Positions 25,191-38,070 of a stretch of 64,000 bases of DNA are shown here, one piece after another (position 1 is the stretch's first letter; each line of letters begins with the position of its first letter). This stretch comes from Octopus sinensis (Eukaryota), in NCBI RefSeq assembly GCF_006345805.1, contig NC_042997.1, positions 9,982,001 through 10,046,000 of the forward strand. Reading direction: 5' to 3'. Under the pieces are notes generated by a model, which saw nothing but the letters and a program-made list of their open reading frames with translations, had not been told where the DNA came from and made no database searches. Both the position numbers and the translations under genes were made by a program.

Positions 25191-28100
25191 GCACTTCGAT
25201 AGACAAGCATGGTCATGACAATAGAGATAAAATTAACCACATTCACAAATACAGTTAGAGAATCCACACACATAAATACATACATACACACACACAGGTA
25301 CTTATACACATCCAATCACACGCGCATACATGCTCACATATATGTTTATATGTTCTCTATATACGCGTGTCTTTGCGTATGTGTGTGTGTGTGAATGAGT
25401 GTGGTATGAAATACATATATACGTACAGATGCACATATGAATACATGTATATAAAAGGAATTTTTATCTTTAAACATTGGGCAAATATATAATAGCATTT
25501 CATTGTAAATGACCTGCACCTTAATTCCTGCAGTTTTCGGACCACGCATGTCAATTTATATCTTTGAAACCCTTTTCTAAGTTCTTGAAAAGCTATCTGC
25601 ATTTATTGGCCTTGGTTTTCCGTAAGCAACATCATTTCGTGAACTACCTGAAGTATTAATAGTTATTTGTCCAAATGGTTCAGATCAGAAACCGAGGTTG
25701 CTTAGCAATGATCTGATATATGTCGCTCATCGTGTAGCTGGGTATACCATCAGCCAAGGAATAAATACGATCCAATTTAAACAGCGTTTATATGATTGCC
25801 AGGCTTGTTAGTAATAGCAGCTACATCTCTGTTAAATTATAACCGAGAAGAATGGTATCTTCTATAGTATAGTTCTTGTTACTTTTTATCTCAAACACAA
25901 AAAATAGCCTGTTAACAAGTGCAACTTCTTTCCTTATAAATTTTGACTGAAGGGACGCTAAACAAATACAACCATCAGGTGGAATGTAAAGTAGAACGGT
26001 AGAATGTTATCGTGAAATAATTTACAATCTAATATACATAAAGGGAGCGAACGGGGAGGGGAACGAAACGGAGATTATGTTTGCCTTTCTACTTTTTGTC
26101 GTGGCTAGTTTCATGCTTTAGGAATCTTCAGTCGATTGTCTTTTTGTTTGTTTGTTTTTTCTATTTGTCTCAATTGACTTCGGTGTTTTTCCTTTGCTGA
26201 TTTGTATTTTCATCGTTGTCATGCAACTGTCTGATAATTCTGCTTGTCTCATCATTATAATTTTCTCCGGCAAATCGCAATTTTTCCTTTTCCTGTAGAT
26301 ATCTCTTGCAGATAAAAAAAATTTAGTTGTCGAGTTCTTTGCTTTCTATATTGACTCCTATAGGTTTTCTGGAGTCACATAAATTGCATTGTACTTAACA
26401 TCTGGTGTCTCTATCAATGTTTGCAACGGTTAATTCGTTGGTAACTGTTTTTGTTCTATTGTTAAGGTAGTCATTGTTGGGTAACTACTAGAATTTCTAT
26501 TGCTGGTACGTCAATGAATGTTCACACTATCCAAATTGTATCAAATAAATTTATTTTAATGTCTGCACCAATATATTCTGCAAGAACAATACTTTATACT
26601 ATTGTCCACTTTATGCTTCCATTTCTTCCATACATCCCAAATGTGCTTCGATAGATTCGTTGGATTCTTTCTATATACACTACAGACTGAGTATGTGTGT
26701 ATCTCGTTTGAACTAATTGCCTGTTGCTCAGAGTTATATTTTATCGAAAAATTCTTCACGTACATTTTTTTATCCATCTAGCTTCAGTTGTGTCCTATAA
26801 TTTCCTGTTTTTGAGGCTTCATTTCGTTGTTGTATCAGGTTTCACTTAATCGTTTAATCCGTTTATCTCATCATTATAACCTGCACCACTAATTTGTTGT
26901 GCTGTGGCCTCTACTGTTCTGTTCTGTTGATATTTTCTCTGATTGCTATATAGCGTGTCTTTCTGAAGTCACCAAAGTGTTTTCATCGAAATTTGTGTCT
27001 GATGAATCTAAATTATTGTTTTTCCTTAGATTAGTTTGTTAATTCGCTAGGAATTGTCATTATCCTGTCTTCAGTGTTATTTTCGATGATGTTTCGAGGT
27101 AATTAGTTATGGTGTAATGGTCGGTTAGAAAGGATTTGGTGAATAGCTTTAGCGCGTTTCTTTTATCTCTATACTTGGACCTGAAGAGTGGGTTATTTTA
27201 AATGATATTTCTTTTTTTCTACGCATGCTTAGTTTTTGGTACCCTTATTTCATTTTTTTACTTTGAATACAAATTCTAGATTTTCGCTAAATGCGCTCAT
27301 GTTATGGCTTATATGTAAAAAGGTGTAGCCCGATGTAGGAGAATATTACGCAGGATATTATATATAACTAATTTTATTATATAGTGATATTTCGTTCTGA
27401 CTTGTACATAGAGAGTGTTTCTTGTGATTAGATTCACTGTCTAGTAAACTTTATACGTATAAGTTAAGCTAGACATTTAAAAGAAGACTGAATTACTTGC
27501 TGTATTTTATTGTGCATCTACCTCTCTCTCTCTCTCATTCGGTTGACGTAATGATTAGGAAGCTTGCAAGGCTATTGTCTATACATAATACTAACCAAGA
27601 ATAGTTGAATATGTTGCTTGGTTTTACTAGTATAACTAATTCTAAGAGTGCGCATTTTACCTGTACATTTTACTAGCTAATGACAACGAAGAAACTTGTT
27701 TATTTCTTCATTTACGCCTAATCACTTACTGTGGACTAGATAATTTGTCGAATGCAGTATTATGCTTATCTACACATACACATACGCACACATGCATACA
27801 TATTACATTATATCATATGAGTATTGAATGTAGATATTTTTGGAGTGATGTTCTGGACAAAAACACGTGCATAGTGGAGATAGGATAGGAACTATTGCCC
27901 CTTTACTTAATATCCAGTGCTAAAATTATAGAAGCTTCTTCGACTCTTATACACAACTCATGCACATATGCACAGAGACAGACATGTAATGCATATGCGT
28001 ATGTCTGTATACATATATATGTACATATGTATATATTTATACATGTGTGCGTATGTGTCTAAACAAATACATAAATGCGTGTAAAATTATGTAAATATAT

Positions 28101-29424
28101 CTATGTTTATACTTCCTTCACAGTTAATCCAGAATGCTTGACGATAAATGAATTATTTACAACATAGTGAAGGAGACACGTAGAAATCATGTATAATGTT
28201 CGTTGCTGGTGTTTTACAAACAATAGTTGAAACACGCACGCATAATATAACACCAAACCAACACAAACCCCAATAGGTTCGACCAACTCAGGAACTTTAA
28301 GAAATACATATATCTATCCGTACATGTGTGCGTGTGTATCTTTGTGTATGTATATGTATGTGCATATATATATGTCTGTATGTGTATATACAAATACATA
28401 TGTATGTATGTATGCAGGCATGCATGTATGTATAGGGATATATTATTTCTCCAATGTATTTTTAGCTTTAAGTTGATTTCTATGTCCACATATAAAAACT
28501 ATTATCACATCGCTCCGCAAAACCCATCAGCATTTTAATTGATTATGTTTGCCAGGAATTAAGAAATGCATACTGGACTTTCCTTCTTTGATAACTAAAT
28601 ATTGATACTCCATTCTGGCGTGATGCTGGCTTACAACTTGCAGTAATAGCATATATTATTTTGATTTTTTTAATTTTGTTTTTGTTTTTTAGTTTGTAAC
28701 TAAAAGTCTGAAGTATCGCCATAGAATATAAGAAACGATTGAGAATTAGCTAATTCCATTTTCATTCCGGCTATTAAACTTTCTCCGTGATAGAGCATCT
28801 TTTAAATCTTATGTATATATAATGTCTTTTCCTTTCTTACATGTATTGTTCCATAAGTACATTTTGTCTTATTTTCCTTATTTTACTTTCTTGTTTTTCT
28901 TTTCTTTTTTGGGGGTGGTTTTGTCGTTTGATAGATTGACTATGACGCAGTAAGAATCGCGATTCAGGATGTCAGTATATTTACTCTACTAGTGTTACCA
29001 GAGTGATGTTCACCAAGTAATAGCTCATATGTCACGCAACAGATCTCCAGCGTTGTTTTAAGCAAATGTCAATATTGTTTATGACCATTTGGTGTCCCGT
29101 CATAAAGATATAGAAATGATTATCTATATGCATATTGCTATGTATTACATTTATTTTATATCACATTTGGAGAACGAGATATTCGTTGGTGGCAAGTTTC
29201 CATGAACAAATCATTGGTTTCTTGCTTTTCTGCTGGTGAGTGAGAGAAAAGATTTCCTGTTGCTTGATGCCGAATAAAGAATAAATATCATAGGAGACAA
29301 TGATCTGAGAGCATTTGTTACTCTTTTCTCCCGCCGACATTTAAAAACACATAGGCTCATACACGTGCATACGCATGCAACCGTTAACGCACACATATAT
29401 ATGTGTGTTTATATATACATATGT

Positions 29425-29477
<53 letters not shown>

Positions 29478-29794
29478 AACACAAAGTTGTATATACATGA
29501 ACACATTGGCATGTACACATTCGCATATGTGCGTATGTGTGTGCGTGTGTGTGTGTGTGTGTGTGTATGTGTGTGTGTGAACGAGAGAGAGACATAGAGA
29601 AAGAGAGGGGGAGAGAGAGAGTACGTTGCTCACTGTCGACTTTGTGAAAAAGGAGTGCTGACTGTACGTTGTAGATGATATGTCTTTTTTATTAATGTGA
29701 AGCAACAATTTCAACTCACGATTTCAGTCTGACGCGACAGCGATCTTCAAGCGAAATAGTCAAACTCACCTGATAAAATATGATCAAACCAGGT

Positions 29795-31119
29795 GTTTAC
29801 TTCTCAACATAAAACCCCCTTGCGTTCCACACACTCCTTTCTTCGTTGTTGCAGTGTTTGATTTCTATTCAAAAAAGAAGCTTCCATCCTGTTGGAAGCT
29901 TCCTGGGGAACAGACGATAATCATATGGAGTTAAATCAGAAGAATAAGATAGCTGATCATATATTTCGAAGTCACAGTCACGCATAACAGCCATTGAAAC
30001 CAACGCCGTGTCTGCTGGAACATCGTACTGATTATACACGATCCCTACCGTCAGATTTCCTGGGCATTTGGTCATGATAGACTTTCGTAACTGTCTCCGA
30101 AAGTAGGCATAGTATTCACTATTTATGGTTTGGCCCTATTGAAGATGCCTTTGGCATTCTGCAAAAGGGGAAACACCACCTTCTCTGCAGATGAAATGAC
30201 TTTGGTCTACTTTGAAGTAAGTGGAGAGAGATGTTTGCTCTGCATAGATTGCATCTTTGTTTCTAACTAAATATTATGAAGCTAGAACTCATTCTTGTTT
30301 AGGAAATGTTCAAAGAAACCATCTGGATCTACATAAAAAAATGTTAGATTCTGCTATAATTTGCAGAAACGGATGCGCTTTGGATCAGATGTTAGAAGAC
30401 GTGGCGTCCACAGAGCAGACATCTTCGCTATGCCAACTTCATTGAACAAAATATTTTCAAATCTTTCACGCAATATGTTAATAGTATTGGCTATTTTATT
30501 TAAAGTCAATAACCCGTCATATTTCAGCATGTGATGAACACAATCAATGTTTTCGTCGGTGGTGGCAATTGCATGGCGTCCAGACCTTTGCTCGTGTTTA
30601 AGACACTCCGTTCTCCTTCTAAATTCAGCTGTGTACTTTGCACTGCTGATAATACTGGGGTGTCATCCTCTAACATACCAACCAACATGAATTTTGTTGG
30701 GAGCTAAACCATTTTTTCTGCCACGATGCCAAATTTTGAGCTTTTTCGAGAGAAGTCGCTACTACTTACTTTTGAAGTCTTCTTTGAACAATCAGATGTA
30801 AATTTAGCTGGAAAAAATTAATGAGTTCAAATTTTGACACAAGGTCAGCAAGTAGGTTACATCGACCGCGATGCCCAACTGGTACTTATTTTATTGATCC
30901 CGAATGGTGAAAGGCAAAGTCGATCCAGTGAGATTTGAACCTAGAAAGTAATGATGGACGAAGTGTTACGAAGTATTTTCCTCAGCGTGCTAACGATTCT
31001 GCCAGCTATCAGACTTAATGCGACAATTAATAAGATTTGAAATTAATGCATGCAAGATTTTACGGCACTAGGATTACTCCTTCATAATAAACCTATGAAC
31101 TTTTCAGCTTACCCTCGTA
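29795..31119 (-). mobile_element. Mariner (DD34D-type) transposon relic with a SINE in its 5' UTR
   Basis: Minus-strand decayed motifs in order: KIWHRG..GLAP..(~30740), TPRLLTSD (~30385), SAEKV, GQTINSEYY (~30115), YSSDLTPYDYRLFP (YSPDLAP motif, ~29920), ECVERKG.YVEK* (~29800). The 5' TIR-like TA-CGAGGGTAAGCTGAAAAGTTC lies at ~31097-31119. No 3' TIR found. Confidence 0.8.
30822..31017 (-). mobile_element. SINE family 1 copy (left arm of an inverted duplication)
   Basis: Core ...aaaggcaaagtcgatcc...atttgaacctagaaagta...gtgctaacgattctgccagct. Confidence 0.85.
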
Positions 31120-31344
31120 TACATTTGTGTGAGTATTGTGTGTATGTGTGTGTGTGTGTGTTGTGTGTGTGTGTGTGTGTGTGTGGATGACTGTGTGTTT
31201 GCGTTAAGACCTGAAACTGTCACACACACACACAAATATATACGCGGGTGGTCTAAAAAATTCAATAGGTTTATTATGAAGGAGTAATCCTAGTGCTGTA
31301 AAATCTTGTATGCATTAATTTCAAATCTTATTAATTGTCGCGTT

Positions 31345-31557
31345 AAGTCGGAGAGCTGGCAGAATCGTTAGCGCGCTGGGAAAAATACTTCGTGGCATTT
31401 TGTCTGTCTTTACTTTCTAGGTTCAAATTCCATTGAGGTCGACTTTGCTTTTCATCATTTGGGGTCAATAAAATATGTACCAGTTGGACATCGCGGTCGA
31501 TGTAACCTACTTGAAACCTGCCCTAGCTTGCTGGCCTTGAGCCGAAATTTGAACTCA
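31345..31557 (+). mobile_element. SINE family 1 copy (right arm of an inverted duplication)
   Basis: gagctggcagaatcgttagcgcgc...ctaggttcaaattcc..gaggtcgactttgc. Shares private variants with the 30822-31017 copy. Confidence 0.85.
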
Positions 31558-32007
31558 ATATTAATGTGCACGAGAGAAGGGAAGTCTTTCGGTGGACACA
31601 GAAGAGATGCAACGTGGCAGCAACTCGGTTCGATTTCAAGTAGATCTGTGCAATATTCCATGACTCTTTGCTAAATTGTTCGGGGTGAACGGTAAGACGG
31701 CGGCAGTGATGGATTTTGCTGTCTAACTTGAAGGTTTGCCTTACAGCTGATGGAAAATGTGAAGTACTCGAAAAGCTTATAGCAGCAGCTGATATACGGC
31801 GTATGACAACTAGTTTTATGAGGCACAGATATGTCAAGATCGGCACTTGAATGGAACCCCTGTCCTGCAAGCTAGAAACCGGTAACACTGCTGAAGATGG
31901 AGACGTATTTTGTCCTTTGTACTATATTGTGTTCCATGGATCTTCGCAACTAATTAAGAAATCCACCTCCTCCTCTTCATTGTCATTAACATTATTATTA
32001 CTTTTAT

Positions 32008-32205
32008 GAAGGCAGCGAGCTGGCAGAATTGTTAGCACGCTGAACAAAATGCTTAGCTACGTTCTGAGTTCAAATTCTGACGAGGTTGACTTTACCTTTC
32101 ATCCTTTCAGGGTCGATAAATTAAGTACCAGTTGAGTACTCGGATCGATGTAATCGACTATCTTACTCCCACATATTTCAGGCGTTGTACCTATAATAGA
32201 AAGTA
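32008..32205 (+). mobile_element. SINE family 1 monomer
   Basis: aaggcagcgagctggcagaattgttagcacg...gagttcaaattctgacgaggttgacttt...; flanked by (TTA)-rich sequence. Confidence 0.85.
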
Positions 32206-32720
32206 TTGTTATTCCTGTTATTGTTATTATTAATACTAACATTATAAGTATGTTTTTGCGTGCTCATGTATTTGAGTGTATTTATGTGTGTAGGTATCTA
32301 TGTATGTATGCATTATGCGCATATGCATGTATGTACGTATGTATCTATGTATGTATGCATGCATGTATGTATGTATGTATGTGTGTAGCTGGTAAATATA
32401 TACATTAGCGAGAAAGCCGATAATCCAATGATTTCAACCGAAAAAAACCTCTTGTGATATTTATTCCATCCGAGTTGCTCAAATGTCCCCTTGTTACTCT
32501 TACAATCATAAATACAGTGAACCAGTAATTGGTTTGCTGGAAACGTCTAACAAACAGCTCTCTTGCTCACAAAAGTTAAATAAATACACACATGATTATT
32601 TCACTTATTCATTTCTTTAACAACAGTTTGATGTTCCGAATTTTGAAATCTACTAACGTTAACACAGATTTATGGAAGGTGGTTACAGTAATATTATAGT
32701 TTAACTAAAGGATACAGTAT

Positions 32721-32950
32721 GGAGGCGCGTGGCTTAATGGTTAGGGTGTCAGCATCATGATCGTTAGATTGTGGTTTCGATTCCTGGACTGGGCGAAACA
32801 CTTAGTTTCACGTTGCTCTAGTCCACTCAGTTGGCAAAAATGAGTAACGCTGCGATGGACTGGCGTCCTGTCCAGCTGGGGAACACATACGCCATTGAAA
32901 CCGGGAAACCGGGCCCATGAGCCTGGCTAGGCTTTAAAAGGGCGTATAAA
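32721..32950 (+). mobile_element. SINE family 3 (tRNA head, V-domain-like core)
   Basis: A box tggcttaatggttag, B box ggtttcgattcc, core ctgcgatggactggcgtcctgtccag. Second copy at 37821-38070. Confidence 0.85.
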
Positions 32951-34077
32951 GAAAAAGGATACTGTACTAGTAGACGATTTGAACAGATATTGAATGCCAC
33001 CCCTGATCTAGCACCTCTACTATGAAATGAATTTTAGCTATTGCTATTTCATCTTTTTCATACGTCCCTTTTGATATATAATAGAATGTGATTTACAAGT
33101 GACTTGGTGGCTATTTTTAGCTGAGTGACTACGAAGAAGCTTCCCTTCAAATTCCTTTTAAATAAATATATAAAAGATGTATTTTTCTTCAGGAAATGTA
33201 ACTCTAAAACAATTTGAGTTTTAAAACCATATTTGTACATACAGGAAACAAGTATTCCAGAGATTTGGTAATAGGTGAGAGATTTATCTATTTACAAAAT
33301 ATATTCGCAAGTTTAAAAAATAGAACGAGTTCGTGTAGAGTGAATAGAAAATAATTCTAACATTCTACAACAAAGACTTGCTTTTATATTGATTGTTACT
33401 TAACACAGCCTCAATTTAAACTGCATTAGTTTACATTCAGATATTTATATGAAGATGATGTGTTTTACAACGGGAAACGTTTTCTTAACAACCTTCTTTA
33501 GGGCTTCTAGACTAATGTACTTATTATGATGATATAGCGTGACATCTTTAACATAGATAATATCCTGAAATTAAATATTTCTAGCTCCTTCTTATACAGC
33601 ATAACTACTAGTTATTCAATTATAAGAATATTACACAATTTACCAAAACAGTTATACAATATAAAAAGAAAGAAATTATGTGTAAAAGCAAATAAAAATT
33701 CCTGGCAACTTAATCTATCTTAAGCAATATAAACTCTATCCTATTAAGTAGTTAAACAATGTACACGGGATAAATTGCGGTATTTATCAAAAAGAAAAAA
33801 TATGTAAGTTTAAAGTAATTTTATGTAATCTTACACCATTAAAAATTACACAACGAATATACGAAAATCAAATTCAATACATACTGAATGAAAGATAAAA
33901 ATATAAAAATTAGCAGCATTATAATTGTCAAGATTTAGAGTGAACATAAATTTGATGTGCGTCAAAACAGAGATTAAATCCAGTTGGAAAGAAACAATTA
34001 AGCCCAGCTTCATAAATGTTAATGAAACTCATAATATATATTTACATTGAGATTGAGAAAGATAATAAAATTACAGC

Positions 34078-34158
<81 letters not shown>

Positions 34159-34254
34159 CGGCGGTGGTGGTCGTGGTGGTGGTAGTGGTGGTAGTGGTGG
34201 TGATGGTGATGGTGGTAGTAGTAGTAGTAGTAAGTAGTAGTAGTAGTAGTAGTG

Positions 34255-34288
<34 letters not shown>

Positions 34289-34339
34289 CGGCGGTGGTGG
34301 TCGTGGTGGTGGTAGTGGTGGTAGTGGTGGTGATGGTGA

Positions 34340-34395
<56 letters not shown>

Positions 34396-34396
34396 C

Positions 34397-34433
<37 letters not shown>

Positions 34434-34434
34434 T
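34078..34434. repeat. Compound (GTA)/(GTC)/(GTG) trinucleotide array with an internal 130-bp duplication
   Basis: The block agtggtggtcgtggtcgt...gatggtgatggtggtagta at 34121 is repeated at 34251. Confidence 0.95.
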
Positions 34435-35599
34435 ACATGGTTTATTTCAACTTTACTGATTTGATTTCCAGCATAAGATTGTCTTACAAAAAGAAAAAAA
34501 AAACAAAGATGGCGGGCAGAGAATTTCTTTTTGCTACTGAATTTTATTTATTGCAAAACATTTTCTGTCGTGAACACATTTTGGCATGCGATTTCGATTT
34601 TTCAGACAAGATGTTGAAATGATAATTATAAAAGAAGGAATGATTTTCTATTGTGAGGATGTTCAATGATTTTTGTTTTGTTTCCAATTGTGGACCACAA
34701 TAAACAGGAGCTTACAAGTTGATTTGGTTTTCAGTTGCCTAAAATACTTGGCTGTTGGATGAACAAAACACCACAAATAGCGCTTAAATCATTACATTTA
34801 ATACATTGTCTAGTTCACATCACTACCTAGTCCTGTTGGGTTTCATAGCAAACATTAAAAAACTTATGCAATACTGGATCTTGAGACGCGTTGTTTCCTA
34901 TTGGAGAAGCAATCTATAAGCTGTGGTTTTATTCCTTAACTGACAAACACCGATATCCTTGGAGGACCTGACAAACGTCATCGGGGCTACCTGATGACTT
35001 GAAGAGTTAAGATTTACATCGATGTGTAAGTATCACTTTAAAAAAATTAACATTTTTAAATGAAATTATACTAAATATATTGAAATTTCGAAACATAAAA
35101 AACGCAAGAAAGAAAATTAGGAAGAACGATGTAATCCTGTCCGTGCTTGTGTATACTGTACGTGGATAGAAGCTGATGTTCTCTCTGTGGACAGAAAGTG
35201 AGTGACCGTTTTTGTTTGAGCGTGTTCATTGTAAACTGAAAGTAGTCTGAATAACATATTTTCCTTCGCAAAGACGGAAAAACAGTATGTGAGTTAAACA
35301 TGGGGTTAGCCTACACTGAGGTTAAAAGTTTGTTTTCTAAAAACACAAGATCGCATGTTTACCTGAAATCTTTATTTATCCTACCAACATGTAGTGTTCC
35401 ACTGTTCTTATTAATCAGATTATTCTCTCATATTGATATCATTTGCGCTGTTGTAGATTACTTTGTATATTTCTGCTGCTTATGATGCCAATCTAATTCA
35501 TAAATGCAAATACGTAACTGGTATATGATGTTGATTGAAAACGGAAACTGGACACGCCCTCAATGAGCTGTTGTCAAGACTGTGCGTTGGAAATCGCCT

Positions 35600-35878
35600 T
35601 CTCTAAATTTCTGCACATCAGTAGTCTGCGTGTTGTGTTCTTGAGCAAGACACTTTATTTCACTTTGCTCCAGTTCACTCAGCTGTAGAAATGAGTTGCG
35701 ACGTCACAGGTGCCGAGCTGTATCGGCCTTTGCCTTTCCCTTGGATAACATCGGTGGCGTTGAGAAGGGAGGCTTGTATGCATGAGCGATTGCTGGTCTT
35801 CCATAAACAACCTTGCCTGGGAGGATAACTTTCTAGGTGCAATCCCATGGTCTGTGTCGTGACCGAAGGAGGTCTCAG

Positions 35879-35879
<1 letters not shown>
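35600..35879 (+). mobile_element. SINE family 4 (head eroded)
   Basis: ttcttgagcaagacactttatttcactttgctccagttcactcagctg body, related to the post-head segment of family 3. Ends at a (CA)n tract. Confidence 0.7.
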
Positions 35880-35927
<48 letters not shown>

Positions 35928-37718
35928 TATATGTGTGTGCAGCATTTTGCAATGTTTACCAAATAGTAAAACTATAATTGCTAGAAATAAGAGCTAAAAT
36001 GCCCTAATGCAGTTGTCAATGCACATAATTGCATATATATATATTCAGACAGGGGCTGTATTCGTCCGAATAATGCCGTTCGATAATTCCTTATACTGAA
36101 TTCCCTTTCGGCAACTTCCGTTGCCTCATCAGTAAGGACTGGCTCTATTTCGGCAGATTTCGGACTTACTTCTTTGTCTGTATATGTGTTTTCATTATAC
36201 AAGTTCTACTTTTATATTCTGTGTTTAATTTTCATATTTGCATACATATTCCTTGCAGTTTGTTCGGAACAGTTTATTCCATAGTATGCGTGCGTCTGTA
36301 TGTGTGTACTTACATATGCATATACACGAAGAGTGAAATGAATTTTTTGCATGGAACGATTACTCTTAAAGGTAGTTTGTTATTTGAATTCTTAATGTCT
36401 TCATCCACTGAATATACTAATGTATGGGTGGATCCGGCGAGTGTTCTTGAATATATCTCGTAAACTCAAATTTTGCTGATAGTGCTTGTTTTGCCACTGC
36501 CATACACAGTGGTCTCCAGCCCGTCACGAATCAATGTTATGTAATCGGAAACTGAATTATACTATATATTAATAGTTGAGTTATTTTTTATTATTGTAAA
36601 TCAATATTGATTTATTATAGCTCACAGTGCTACTGTTTATATAGGCATGGAAATTTAATAATTGGATGACCACGCATTAATGAAGAGATATAATGATGTA
36701 AGTGAGATATATTGGATGTTCAACCGTAGTTGAAATCGGCATGTAGGATTGGTCCGTTGAGGTGTATGGTTCCACTGAAAATTGCTAACTTTACTTGAAA
36801 ATTATGAGTGAAATGCCAAAGTTGTTTAATGGAAATGGTATTAGACATAGAAGTTAATTCAATGTAGTAAAACAAAGAAAATGTCCCTCATCTGATTGGA
36901 CACGAACCATGTATCAACGTCAGTCCGGCGACAGTGTTACTGACTATATTAACAGGCGCCAGTTCTCTTCTTTCGTCCATACACATTTCATGTGAACCAA
37001 ACATTGCAGATAGCTTAGATAACTTCGATTGACTAAAATTATCATGTAATTAGGAGACAAAATTAGCATATGGATGGTGGAAATATTAGTAAGGAAGATA
37101 ACTCTAATAAAATAATTTAATTGAGAAGTTGGAGTAAATAAAAAAAGTAATTGGAATGGATATTTGAGTTTTCATCAAACTAGTGAAAGCCATGTAGCTC
37201 GCCATAAAATTCCTCTGAGATGAAATTCCACTCAGTTGGTCTGAGAGGAATTTTATTTGAGATATTTTGACTCGGCCATGATGTTCATATAATTAGTATC
37301 GATGCACAGCCTGTATTTCTATACATTCAGGCGTGACTAGGAAAATTTATTGTGGTTGAGTAGCTTGACCAAACCTTTCAAGACGATGCGCAGCATATTG
37401 TAGTACAATGACTGAAACAAGTAAAAGATAAATGATATTGAGTAATATTAGTCTTGGAGACTGAGACGTATACGTTTCACTAAGGAACTTAAAACCCAAA
37501 TATATATGTTGCTTGCACCAACATACTTAGAAACCAGACTCACTCCTGGTACTGGATTGTCTATATTTTCCATTAAGTTACAATTAAGAACAGTTAAATT
37601 TAATTCTTGGAAAATATAGAAAATGCACAAATTACATTAATTCCTGTGTCATTTTAGATTTTAGGCCTCCTAGAAGTGGTTTAATCTGAGTTAATGAAAT
37701 ATTTGCATTTATATATAA

Positions 37719-37759
<41 letters not shown>

Positions 37760-37820
37760 GTGTGTGTGTGTGTGTGGTGTGTGTGTGTGTCTGTGTGTAA
37801 GTATGTATGTATGAATGTTT

Positions 37821-38070
37821 GGAGGCGCGTGGCTTAGTGGTTAGGGTGTCAGCATCATGATCGTAAGATTGTGATTTCGATTCCTGGACCGGGCGACGCG
37901 TTGTCTTCTTGAGCAAAACACTTCATTTCACGTTGTTCTAGTCTACTCAGCTGGCACAGTGAGTAACGCTGCGATGGACTGGCGTCCCGCCCAGCTGGGG
38001 AACACATACGCCATTGAAACCGGAAAACCGGGCCCAGGAGCCTGGCTAGGCTTTAAAAAAGGGCGCATTT
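37821..38070 (+). mobile_element. SINE family 3, more complete copy
   Basis: Near-identical to 32721-32950 and retains cgcgttgtcttcttgagcaa, which is deleted in that copy. Followed by (TATG)n and (TAGG)n. Confidence 0.9.

Noticed and set aside
31855-31895. gaaaccggta, resembling a minimal hammerhead stem III
   Set aside because: No valid upstream core or stem I.
32721-32790. tRNA-like sequences with A and B boxes (also at 20701, 37821 and the family 1 heads)
   Set aside because: No complete cloverleaf; each continues into a repeated body, so these are SINE heads, not tRNA genes.
34498-34520. aagatggcgg (YY1-like / translation-start-like motif)
   Set aside because: Isolated short motif with no supportable downstream exon.
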